From Candidatus Omnitrophota bacterium (lineage in GTDB: Bacteria > Omnitrophota > Omnitrophia > Omnitrophales > Omnitrophaceae), in the NCBI GenBank assembly GCA_029561555.1, contig JAKQXH010000044.1:9691-73690 (forward strand): DNA of 64,000 nucleotides, in the 5' to 3' direction. Under the pieces are notes generated by a model. It worked only from the letters and a program-made list of their open reading frames with translations, had not been told where the DNA came from and ran no database searches. A program made the position numbers and the translations under genes. Position 1 is the first letter of the stretch. Each line of letters begins with the position of its first letter. Of the stretch, positions 28,300 through 37,435 are shown piece by piece.

Positions 28300-29276
28300 T
28301 CTTTTGGAAATGGATTCCTGCCGGATATTGACCGAAACAGGTGAAAGAGACAGTTCCATATTCCGGAAAAGATCCCCATGACGCAGACGATATCGCGGAC
28401 GAGAATGACACCGGTGCTTTTTGCGAGCGGGAGGCGGTTTTGTCTGAGGAAAAGCAGGAAGCTCCGGTTGAGGATGACGATTGCGGCCATGCCGGCCAGG
28501 GAGAGAAGGGGATGTTTCCACAGCGCGGCCAGCGTGATCATCGTCAGGACGGTTTCCAGATAAATCCCCTGTCCCTGGTGGGTCTTGGAGAAAATCATGC
28601 CAGGATGGCAGTAATAGGACCAGACCGTGTCTCTCGCGAAGCGGAACTGCTGTTTGAGATATCCTCGCAGGGAATTTTTAAAATGATGAAGGACCCCGTT
28701 GTCTTTGTCCCAGTAAATTTCGTATTTTTGGCTGATTTTGAAAGAAAGACGGAGGTCCTCGCAGACATACCGTTCCGGGAATTTTCCGCATTCGTAGAAA
28801 ACATCCCGGGTACAGGCAAAATTATTCGCAACCAGCGTTTTAACGAAAGCGGGAGTGTTTTTCCTTCTGTGCGCCAATTCCAGATGGGCGAACCGCTCGA
28901 TAAAAGAATTCCCTTCGGAGCCGGAGTACCCTCCGCCGACGCATCGGACCCGAAAGGATTCTATGTCACGCAGGATGTTCGCGAGCCAGTTTTCCGGGAG
29001 TATGACATCCGCGTCCGTGAAGGCGAGAATTTCCCCGGATGAGGCATCGGCCCCCCGGTTTCTCGCGGCCCCCACGCCTTGATTTTTTTCGCTGCGTGTG
29101 ACTTTTGCGTAACGGGCCGCGATTGATGCGGTCTCGTCCGTGGAGGCGTCATCCGCGACAATGATTTCAAAATCGAGGAAAGTCTGCCGGATGAGCGATT
29201 CAAGGCATTTGTCGATGAATCCTGCCGCGTTATAGGCCGGAATAACGACGGATATTTTCGGCATGATGGTCGTCAA
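28296..29276 (-). CDS. GT2 glycosyltransferase with a C-terminal membrane domain.
   Basis: PKISVVIPAYN...DDASTDET...DADV motifs typical of the GT-A fold. Three or more hydrophobic helices in the last 80 aa. An alternative start at 29264 (MPKIS) is possible. Confidence 0.7.
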   Translation of the reverse strand: MTTIMPKISVVIPAYNAAGFIDKCLESLIRQTFLDFEIIVADDASTDETASIAARYAKVTRSEKNQGVGAARNRGADASSGEILAFTDADVILPENWLANILRDIESFRVRCVGGGYSGSEGNSFIERFAHLELAHRRKNTPAFVKTLVANNFACTRDVFYECGKFPERYVCEDLRLSFKISQKYEIYWDKDNGVLHHFKNSLRGYLKQQFRFARDTVWSYYCHPGMIFSKTHQGQGIYLETVLTMITLAALWKHPLLSLAGMAAIVILNRSFLLFLRQNRLPLAKSTGVILVRDIVCVMGIFSGIWNCLFHLFRSISGRNPFPKE

Positions 29277-30204
29277 ATCCGATGCAGCCGTTCAGAATGT
29301 ACGGCGGGCGGCCCTTGACTTCGTCGAAGATCCGGATGATGTACTCGCCGAGAAATCCCATGACCGTCAGCTGCACGCCTCCCAGCAGGGTGATCCCGAC
29401 CACGATGGAAGCCCAGCCGGGGATGCGGTGCTGGAAATTGAAGATGGTGTTTGCGATCAGATAGACGGAATAGAGAAGGCTTGAGATCGAAACGAAAAAC
29501 CCGATCAGGATCGAAATCTTCAGGGGGATTTCGGAAAACGAAATAATCCCGTCCATGGCGAGGTGCAGGAGCTTGAAGAAGGTGTATTTGGGCTTTCCCG
29601 CGAAGCGTTTGTCCCGGTCATAACGGATTCCCGTCTGCCTGAATCCGACCCAGCTCCTCAATCCTCTGATAAAACGGTTTCGTTCGGGGATTGCGTTGAT
29701 TAAGTTGGCGACTTTCCGGTCAACGAGGCAGCAGTCTCCGCTATCGAGGGGGATCTCTGTTTTGGAAATGGCTTTCAGCAGGCGGTAGTACGTTTTGTAG
29801 AGGATACGCATCAGAAGCGGGTCCTTGCGCGTCGCGCGGACCGCGTAAACGACCTGATAACCTTCGCGCCATTTTTCGAGAAACCGGGGAATGATTTCCG
29901 GCGGGTCCTGAAGGTCTCCGTCGAGAATGATCACGGCGTCTCCCCGCGAAAACTGAAGCCCGGCGGTAATGGCCATTTGATGCCCGAAATTTCTCGAAAA
30001 GGAGAGAATTTTGACTTTAGGGTCAGAACGGTTGAACCCCTGAAGAATCTCAAGAGACCGGTCCCGGCTTGCGTCATTGATGAAAATAATTTCGTAATCC
30101 AGATCGAGGGCCGCCAATACGTTTCGAGTCCGTTCGTAGAGGTGGGGAAGGACTTCTTCCTCGTTGTAAATCGGGAAAATAACCGATAATAAATTTCCGC
30201 TCAT
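29230..30204 (-). CDS. GT2 polyprenyl-phosphate sugar synthase (GtrB/CsbB/ArnC-like) with C-terminal TM helices.
   Basis: LSVIFPIYNEE...IFINDASRDRS...DGDLQDPPE. C-terminal hydrophobic hairpin. Paralogous to the GT2 at 19599..20558. Confidence 0.75.
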   Translation of the reverse strand: MSGNLLSVIFPIYNEEEVLPHLYERTRNVLAALDLDYEIIFINDASRDRSLEILQGFNRSDPKVKILSFSRNFGHQMAITAGLQFSRGDAVIILDGDLQDPPEIIPRFLEKWREGYQVVYAVRATRKDPLLMRILYKTYYRLLKAISKTEIPLDSGDCCLVDRKVANLINAIPERNRFIRGLRSWVGFRQTGIRYDRDKRFAGKPKYTFFKLLHLAMDGIISFSEIPLKISILIGFFVSISSLLYSVYLIANTIFNFQHRIPGWASIVVGITLLGGVQLTVMGFLGEYIIRIFDEVKGRPPYILNGCIGFDDHHAENIRRYSGL

Positions 30205-30300
30205 TGACGATGGCTCCGATTCTCGAGCCGCAGTATAGCCTACTCTTTTTGTTTTGAATAGTCCAAATTGGCCCGCTTCAAATTGTTTTTTTGGGGGAAA

Positions 30301-31715
30301 TCAACGTTGGGAATCGATTAAATACCGGAGAATAATTCTGGCTTTTTTGGCGAAATCCGCCCGTGAAACGTAAAGGCGCATCATTTTGAGGGCGAAGAAT
30401 AATTCATAGACCGTTTTGAGAACAAAACGGGGCAGTGCGAATAAAGCTCTTCGAGCCGGAACCGCGGAATACAGAAAGGGGAAATTGACGAAAAGGGGGA
30501 AAAGACGCATGAGTTTTTGAATGGCTTTATTTTCCCTGGGGGACATTTCTAAAATGGATTGTGTGAAAAAATCGTCCGGGATTTTCTTTTCCGCATTGGG
30601 AACGTAATGTCCGTGAGCGATTGCATACTCGGTCAGCGCCAGGCCGGGAAAGGGGACGAAAATATTCGCGAGCCCCATGGACGGCTTGGCTTTGATATTC
30701 AGTTCCAGTGTCTTCAGCATTTGCCCGAAGCTTTCGCCGGGGAGCCCGATAATATTTCCGATCCGGTACCGGATTTTGTATTGGGTGAGCAATTCGGCTG
30801 TTTTGAAAATTTGCGAGTCCGACATTTGGCGTTTGAGGACCGTATTTCGCATGAATTCGTCTCCCGATTCGATGCTCCAGTTCACGACAATGCATCCGCT
30901 GTCGCGCAGGGCCCGGGCGATTTCCTCGTCGACCAGATTGGCCCGGATATTGCAGGTGTAGGGGAGTCCGATTTCTTTCGGGAAACGTTCGCAAAATTCA
31001 GGAACCATTTCTTGTCGATAATGAACGTGTCGTCGTTGAATACGACCGTCAGCAGGGGATATTTTCCCCGAACCAGCCGGATTTCGTCGAGAAGGTAGCC
31101 GACACTTTTTTTCCGTATTACGGATCCGCAAGTCTTGAAAATTTCCCGGAATTTGTGATTGAAACAATAGGTGCAGTCATAAGGGCATCCCCGGCCTGAC
31201 AGGAACTGTTTGGACGGCATATTCCGTAGAGTGGGATCCACGCGGTAGACGATGTCCCGGTCCGGAAAAGGCAGCCGGTCCAATTCGGCGAAAGGATGAA
31301 ATTCCGACGGGCCGGGGCTTCCTTTGGGAGCGATATTTTTACGGGACCTGAAACCGCTTTGGATGTAATCGAGAAGCGCGATTTCTCCTTCCCCGGCGCA
31401 GAAAGCGTCAATCGTGGAATCCTTGATGCAGTCCCAGTCGAAAGTGGGGCCCGGCCCTCCGATCAGAGAGTTGGCTTTCAGCGTTTGCTTGGCGATTTTA
31501 TCGAATTCCCTGAACGAGGGGACGGCAAAGGAAAAAGCGGAATACAAAAGCAGGTCCGGCGCGAGGCTCCGGATGGTCTGAAGCGCTTTTGCTTGACGGG
31601 GCCCCCGAACAAAATGGACTTCAATGCCGTTCTGCTTCAGGACGCTGGAGAGAGAATAAATCCCGTGGCGGTCGTAAAAATGGCTGAGGGAATCAAAAAA
31701 AACGACGGTGGTCAA
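30301..31715 (-). pseudogene. Cobalamin-binding radical SAM paralog 7, disrupted by a single -1 frameshift near 31003 (or an assembly error).
   Basis: ORFs 30882..31715 (N-terminal B12-like domain plus GRGCPYDCTYC) and 30301..31167 (radical-SAM C-terminal half) overlap in different frames. Together they align end-to-end with intact paralogs (...DKKW | PEFCERFPKEIGL...). Confidence 0.65.
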
Positions 31716-31736
31716 TATCGGGCTCCTTGCATGATG

Positions 31737-34157
31737 TTAATAATTTACCGGCACGTCCCTGACAAATTTATTGTAACCGGTTTTAGGGCGGAGGTAAATT
31801 CCCGAGAGGAGCCAGAGGATGCCGAAGAGCCAGAAGAGGGAATTGATTTCGAAAAAGGCGTACAGGGCGGATAATACGGGAGAGTGAAACGTAAAATGAA
31901 TAAGATTCGGACCTTTTGAAAGCGGGACGGCCTTGTAAGCGAGGTTGGCTTTGAATACGGTCACGGGTTTACCGTTTACAGTGGCTTTCCAGCGGGGATG
32001 CCAGGTGTCGCTGTAAAGCAGCCAGGCGGATTTCAGGTCCGGCGGCATATTGACGGCGAGATTCAGGCGGTTCGCGTCAAAAAACAGGATCCGGTAAGGT
32101 CCCGTCAGGCGGGCGTTGAGGGAAACCGGTTTTTCGGGAGCCCATTCAATGGTCCCCGGAATATTCTTCGGGCTTCGGCCCGGGCGATGCAGGAACGGGA
32201 TGTCGCCGTTATAGTCGGGACGGTTCATCTGAGCGGATGTCCATAAATCCTGCTCGGCAAAATAAATATCGGGGAAGACATACGCGGTTTCGAAGAATTG
32301 AATCTTGTCTTCCGTCAGCCCCGCTATTTTCCCGGAGGCGGGATGGGACAGCGGGAAATCGAGTTTTTTGAGTTCTTCAAAACCTGCCGGTGGAGTCGAA
32401 GTGTCGCGGAGGGACTGTCCCCAGTAAGTTTTCATGTATGAATCAAGCGGCAGGAGCCAGTGATCGGTCCGGTATGCATTGCCGATTTCATCCTGAAACG
32501 TGAAGGACTGAAGCGAGAAATAAGCCGCGCCATAGGAGACCCGTTTTTGGCAGAAGAAGGTGCGCAATTCGCCGGAATTCGGCGAGGCGATGCGCCGCGT
32601 CGCGTAAGGCATGGGCTGGAAAGCAGTGATTTTGGCTTCTTTTTGGTTAAGAGAGACGGTCCTGAGGCAGGTTTCCGAAAATTTGTATTCGCCCAGGTCC
32701 CAAAGATGGAGAGCCAGGGCTATAAAGAGAATGACCCGGGAATATTTTTTAAATTGAGGAGCCGCGCCCGAAATAACTAAAACGCCTGAAATGATCGCAA
32801 GAATAGCCGCGCTGACTGCCCGGGCGGTTATCACCCTGGGCAGGAAGGTCCAGGCGAATTTCGAAAGGCCGTTTGGAACAATAATGGCGAGAAGGACCCT
32901 GAGAGTTTCATGGTTTTTGAGAAGGATGAGGGCGTTGGCCGAAACGGCAAAGAGAACCGCTCCGACAAAGAAAAAGCGGAATTTGGATTTTTTGATTCTG
33001 TCCATAGCGGCGGCATGCGTGAACATCCCGTCCAGTCCCGCGCCCGCCAGGAGACAGAGAAAATATTTCGCGAAAAGAGTAACCAGCGAGAGATGCCGGA
33101 AGAATTTCATTCCGGGCCAGGCGTAATAAAAAAATACGGCCAGCGGCGTGCCCATGGCAAAGAGAGAGATTAAAACCGCCGCGAGGAGGAAATGGGCGTT
33201 TTTCCTGCGAAGCGTGAATAGTCCCAGCAGGGCGAGTGAGATCCCGAGAATTCCGATGTAGAGATTGTAGTCGACGCAGGGGGAAATTCTCAGAAACGAT
33301 TCCATCCAGCAGCCGGGGTTGAGCGTTCCTCCGTATTCGAGGAAATACTTTAAGGGAACGGTTCCGTCGGGATTTCGTCCGAGATAATATTTGGTCAGGA
33401 GGCCGGTTTCGGTCCGGAGCAAGAGCAGGACGGCGAACAATGAAAATAAAACAGCGGCAATAGCGGCAACGGAGGCCATGCTGAATTTAAGAGAAAAGAT
33501 CTTTTTGCGAATCTCACGGGGATTGCAAACGGTATAGGAGGAGAAATAGATAGCGATTACCAACGATAGGACGGGCGGATAGTAGGGTAGATTTGCGAGC
33601 ATTTGAACCGCAAATAAATTTCCCGCAAGAGCCAGATATCTCCATTGTCCCTGTTCGAGAAATCGATGGAGGAGGTCGAGCATGAGAGGCATTGCGTAGT
33701 AGAAATGAAAATTAAACCAGACCTGTCCCGCCCAAATGCAGGAACCCATGACGGACACGGCGGTGAAAAAAGCGGCAGCCGGCGAAAGGAATCTTCTCGC
33801 AAAGAGCCATGTTCCAACCAATAGCAGAAGTTCGTCAAAGAAAATCCCGGCATTGAAAATCTGAATAAAATTAATTCCTTTCAGGAGTGGGGTCGCCAGC
33901 AGCAGGACATTTTGCAGAATTCCGGCTTGAATGGCGTACCACCAGGTCGCGACCGTTCCGTGAGTCATGAAGGGCATCCATTGAGGGATTTCACCGTACA
34001 TGACGGCGTGATTCAGGAAGTAATACTGAAGGGTAAAGTATTCGAATGTGTCATGTCCGTTAGGGATACGGTTTTTAAAGTTCAGGAAAAGAATGAGACT
34101 GAATTCCAGGCAGAGGATTAAAAAGAAAAGAATGCGGTCGAGCCGGGCTGTTTTCAA
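31737..34157 (-). CDS. YfhO-family-like polytopic membrane protein (GT-C-like), paralog D.
   Basis: 806 aa. Many TM helices. C-terminal domain ending in WLLYSDTWHPRWKATVNGKPVTVFKANLAYKAVPLSKGPNLIHFTF plus a terminal TM helix. TTG start overlapping the stop of the upstream B12-rSAM (TTGA). Confidence 0.6.
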   Translation of the reverse strand: MKTARLDRILFFLILCLEFSLILFLNFKNRIPNGHDTFEYFTLQYYFLNHAVMYGEIPQWMPFMTHGTVATWWYAIQAGILQNVLLLATPLLKGINFIQIFNAGIFFDELLLLVGTWLFARRFLSPAAAFFTAVSVMGSCIWAGQVWFNFHFYYAMPLMLDLLHRFLEQGQWRYLALAGNLFAVQMLANLPYYPPVLSLVIAIYFSSYTVCNPREIRKKIFSLKFSMASVAAIAAVLFSLFAVLLLLRTETGLLTKYYLGRNPDGTVPLKYFLEYGGTLNPGCWMESFLRISPCVDYNLYIGILGISLALLGLFTLRRKNAHFLLAAVLISLFAMGTPLAVFFYYAWPGMKFFRHLSLVTLFAKYFLCLLAGAGLDGMFTHAAAMDRIKKSKFRFFFVGAVLFAVSANALILLKNHETLRVLLAIIVPNGLSKFAWTFLPRVITARAVSAAILAIISGVLVISGAAPQFKKYSRVILFIALALHLWDLGEYKFSETCLRTVSLNQKEAKITAFQPMPYATRRIASPNSGELRTFFCQKRVSYGAAYFSLQSFTFQDEIGNAYRTDHWLLPLDSYMKTYWGQSLRDTSTPPAGFEELKKLDFPLSHPASGKIAGLTEDKIQFFETAYVFPDIYFAEQDLWTSAQMNRPDYNGDIPFLHRPGRSPKNIPGTIEWAPEKPVSLNARLTGPYRILFFDANRLNLAVNMPPDLKSAWLLYSDTWHPRWKATVNGKPVTVFKANLAYKAVPLSKGPNLIHFTFHSPVLSALYAFFEINSLFWLFGILWLLSGIYLRPKTGYNKFVRDVPVNY

Positions 34158-35662
34158 GCGAATTTCCTCGTCAGGGTATGGGATGCCATTTCGCGAATGT
34201 GGGTTTCCGTTTCAGGGCCGAATTTTCTCCGGATCATCTCGAGGTATTCCGGGTTTTTGAAATAAGTCTGGAATGCCCGGTCGCGGAAGCGGACGACTTC
34301 AGCGCTTGAAAGATATTTCGTCGGAAGAGGCAGCATGTCTTCCGAATGCTGGGAGTATCCGCCCCAGGTTTTGGGAAGAGGCCAGCCTTCTTTCAGCGCT
34401 TGCCGGTACAGATCGGAGCCCGGATAGGCCATGGTGCAGTAAAAATTGGCGAATTCACAGTTTAATTCCGTTGCCAGGTCGAGCGTTTCCTGCATGGATC
34501 GGAGATCGTCTTCCGGCAGGCCGAAAATATAGTTTCCGATGACGTGAATTCCGGTCGCGTTTACTTCCCGCATGGCCTTGAAAATATCTTCCTGGACAAA
34601 TCCTTTTTGAACGTCGTCCCGCACCCGCGAACTGCCGGCTTCGATTCCGAACGCAAGCCAGTTCATGCCCGCGCGCTTCATTTTTTCGCACAATCCCTTC
34701 CGGAGCGTGTCGACGCGGGCGTACGCCCAAAGATTGAGATCGTATCCCCGTCCGATGATCAGGTCGCAAATCCCTTCGACATGCTTTTCGTTCAGCACAA
34801 ACATTTCATCGGCGATTTTGATGTTTCGGACGCCGTATCGGGAAACGAGAAGATCGATTTGCGTGATGACCCATTGCGGGCTCCAGTAACGGTAGGTGTT
34901 GACGTCCTCCCGGTTTCCGGAAAGCTTTTCTCCGCTTTTGAAAGGCGCGTGAATGCAGCAGAAACTGCAGCGGTAGGGACATCCCAACGTGGTGTAAAGG
35001 GCCGCGTAGGGTTCGCGTTTCAGATGACCGAAGCAATGCCAGTTGTGGGCGCGGTATCGGTTCATGGGGAGAAGGTCCCAAGCCATTGCCGGGATGCCTT
35101 CGTCCAAATTTTTTACGAGCGGCGCCGGGGGATTTGAGTCAATCACGCCGTTGTTGCGGTACCACAATCCCCGTACTTTACCGAGATCACCGGGACGGTC
35201 GGATTTGAGCGCTTCGATGAGATCCGTCAGTGTGTACAGGCATTCCCCGTCACAGACAAAATCCGCGTTTTCATCCCGAAGCGTTCTCTCGGGCAGCGCG
35301 GCGACGTGCCCGCCGGCGAGCAGAATTTTCATCTCCGGCGTTCTTTGTTTGATTGCCGAACAGGCGGCCGAGGCAGCCGGCATATTTTGAGTGGAAGCGG
35401 AAGGCTGATGACCGTAGACAATGACAGCGGCAAGCAGAGGATTGATTTCGGAGACCCGCCGGGCTGTTTCATCGGGGCCGAGCCCTTCGGCGTTTGCGTC
35501 TAGGATTTCGATTGAAAACCCCTTGTTTCGGGCAAATCCCGCCATGATCCCGATCCATACGGGGGGTTCTATGGCGGCGAGACTTCTTCCAAGGGTTTGA
35601 TAGACCTGTGACCGGTTTCCGGGATTGATCAGCAGGAGGTCCGGTTTTCGGGAAGAGGTCAT
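34154..35662 (-). CDS. Cobalamin-binding (class B) radical SAM protein, paralog 8.
   Basis: LLLINPGN... B12-like N-terminus. TLGCPYRCSFC motif. 502 aa. Confidence 0.8.
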   Translation of the reverse strand: MTSSRKPDLLLINPGNRSQVYQTLGRSLAAIEPPVWIGIMAGFARNKGFSIEILDANAEGLGPDETARRVSEINPLLAAVIVYGHQPSASTQNMPAASAACSAIKQRTPEMKILLAGGHVAALPERTLRDENADFVCDGECLYTLTDLIEALKSDRPGDLGKVRGLWYRNNGVIDSNPPAPLVKNLDEGIPAMAWDLLPMNRYRAHNWHCFGHLKREPYAALYTTLGCPYRCSFCCIHAPFKSGEKLSGNREDVNTYRYWSPQWVITQIDLLVSRYGVRNIKIADEMFVLNEKHVEGICDLIIGRGYDLNLWAYARVDTLRKGLCEKMKRAGMNWLAFGIEAGSSRVRDDVQKGFVQEDIFKAMREVNATGIHVIGNYIFGLPEDDLRSMQETLDLATELNCEFANFYCTMAYPGSDLYRQALKEGWPLPKTWGGYSQHSEDMLPLPTKYLSSAEVVRFRDRAFQTYFKNPEYLEMIRRKFGPETETHIREMASHTLTRKFA

Positions 35663-35666
35663 GGGC

Positions 35667-36383
35667 TTATTCCGGGGAGGAAGTTTTCCATTGGCTGTAG
35701 ATTTTCTGGAATTCCTTCAACCGTTCCGGCGTGCCGATATCGTAGAGTTTTTCCGGATTGACGTAGGCGTAAAATTCGTCCGGGCTGAGAGAAGGGAAAA
35801 GGTCTTTTTCGAAAGAAAAAGACCTTCCGGACGGGATTTGCTCCAATATCCGCCGGGTGAAAACATAAATACCCGCGTTCAAATAATTTCCCGGTTCTTT
35901 TTCGCAAAAGGAAAGGATCTGTCTGTCGAGGCCGATCTTGATGCTGCCTGCGTCGGTTCTCGAGCGGTCATCCGGCGTGACCACGGCGGTTGCCAGCACT
36001 TTGTTCTGTTCATGAAACTCCAGAAGGGAGTGATAATCGACCGGGCAGAACGAGTCTCCGTTTAGAACGAGGAAAAAAGGGTTTTTTAGAAAGGGTTCGC
36101 AATTTTTAACGGCTCCCGCGGTTCCGAGGGCTGTTTTCTCCCGGGAAAAATGCAAAGAGAGGCCTTTCCGCTTTTGAAAATATTGCTCAATGATTTCTCC
36201 CTTGTAGCCGGTCGCGAGGATGAATTTTTCGAAGCCGTAGGGGGCGATGCTGTTGATCAGAATTTCAAGGAACGGACTTTGCCCGATCGTGACCATGGGC
36301 TTCGGTATCTTGTCGGTGACGGGTTTGAGACGCTTCCCGATGCCTCCGCACAAGATAATAAGATCAACGTCTTGGGGCTCCAT
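35667..36383 (-). CDS. hddC: Sugar-1-phosphate nucleotidyltransferase, heptose-1-phosphate guanylyltransferase (HddC)-like.
   Basis: ILCGGIGKRLKP (GGxGxRL nucleotidyltransferase signature). 238 aa, short single-domain form. Immediately upstream of a GHMP kinase. Confidence 0.55.
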   Translation of the reverse strand: MEPQDVDLIILCGGIGKRLKPVTDKIPKPMVTIGQSPFLEILINSIAPYGFEKFILATGYKGEIIEQYFQKRKGLSLHFSREKTALGTAGAVKNCEPFLKNPFFLVLNGDSFCPVDYHSLLEFHEQNKVLATAVVTPDDRSRTDAGSIKIGLDRQILSFCEKEPGNYLNAGIYVFTRRILEQIPSGRSFSFEKDLFPSLSPDEFYAYVNPEKLYDIGTPERLKEFQKIYSQWKTSSPE

Positions 36384-36391
36384 GCCGGTTG

Positions 36392-37417
36392 TCAGAAAGT
36401 CCTTTCGCGCAGCAGACGGTCCGTTTTTCGCCGGTTGGGACGGTAAAAAACGATTTGGGAGCCGTTGCTTTCAAGCCGGAAGGGAACCGCAATGAGTTTT
36501 TTGAGCTTCTCGCGGATTTGTTTGTGGTTGTCCGGTTTTGCGAAAAAGAGAATAAATCCTCCTCCCCCGGCGCCGATCAATTTTCCTCCGATGGCGCCCG
36601 CATTGAGGCCTGCTTCGTAGATTTGATCGATTTCGGGAGTCGTCACCCCTTCGGCGAGGCTCCTTTTGAGCATCCAGGATTCATGGAGGAGTTTTCCGAA
36701 ATCCGAAAGATCGTTTCCTCCTCCTAAAATTCCCAGCCCCCGCTCGACCATCTGCCGCATGGAAGCAAGGTCTTCGTTTTTCTTTTCGATGTTTTCGATT
36801 TTTTTCTTGGCGATTTCGGATGCGGTGCGGGAGAACCCCGTGAAAAAGAGCATCAGATGATTTTGAAAATCCTCGAGACGCTCACCGTTCAGGATAACCG
36901 GCTCGACGGTAAAGGTTCCGTCCGGTTTGAAGTTGATTTTGTTCAAGCCTCCGAAGGCCGCCGCGACCTGATCCTGCGATCCGACATTTTCCTTCAGGAC
37001 ATCTCGCTCGATATGAATGGCGTCCAGCGCCAGCTGTTTTTTTGTGGGCATGATTTCCTTGAGCCCATACAGGGCGTGCAGGAGTCCGACGCTGAAAGAG
37101 GAACTGGATCCGGTACCGGTCCTGGCCGGAAGATCGCCGTCATGATGGATTTCAACGCCTTCTTCGATCCCCATGAATTTGAGCGCTTCCCGGACGGCCG
37201 GGTGCTGAATTTCATCCCTGGATTTCACCAGTTCTACTTTGGAATACACGATGCGGCTTTTGTGCTCAAAAAAGGGAGGCAGAAAACGGCACGAAAGATA
37301 GCAGTATTTATCGATGGTCGTCGAGAGGACGCACCCTCCGTGTTTTTCGTACCACGCGGGGTAGTCCGTCCCCCCGCCAAAAAAAGAAATTCGGTAAGGC
37401 GTGCGGCAGATAATCAT
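36392..37417 (-). CDS. hddA: GHMP-family sugar kinase, D-glycero-D-manno-heptose 7-phosphate kinase (HddA)-like.
   Basis: N-terminal RTPYRISFFGGGTDYP motif characteristic of HddA-type GHMP kinases. GHMP ATP-binding region GAGGGGF. 341 aa. Confidence 0.55.
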   Translation of the reverse strand: MIICRTPYRISFFGGGTDYPAWYEKHGGCVLSTTIDKYCYLSCRFLPPFFEHKSRIVYSKVELVKSRDEIQHPAVREALKFMGIEEGVEIHHDGDLPARTGTGSSSSFSVGLLHALYGLKEIMPTKKQLALDAIHIERDVLKENVGSQDQVAAAFGGLNKINFKPDGTFTVEPVILNGERLEDFQNHLMLFFTGFSRTASEIAKKKIENIEKKNEDLASMRQMVERGLGILGGGNDLSDFGKLLHESWMLKRSLAEGVTTPEIDQIYEAGLNAGAIGGKLIGAGGGGFILFFAKPDNHKQIREKLKKLIAVPFRLESNGSQIVFYRPNRRKTDRLLRERTF

Positions 37418-37435
37418 GAAAACCCCTCTTTCGGA

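Noticed and set aside
30301-31715. Two separate overlapping genes (30301..31167 and 30882..31715)
   Set aside because: Together they reconstitute a single full-length B12-rSAM paralog across a -1 frameshift; the non-homologous tails of each ORF are translated junk.
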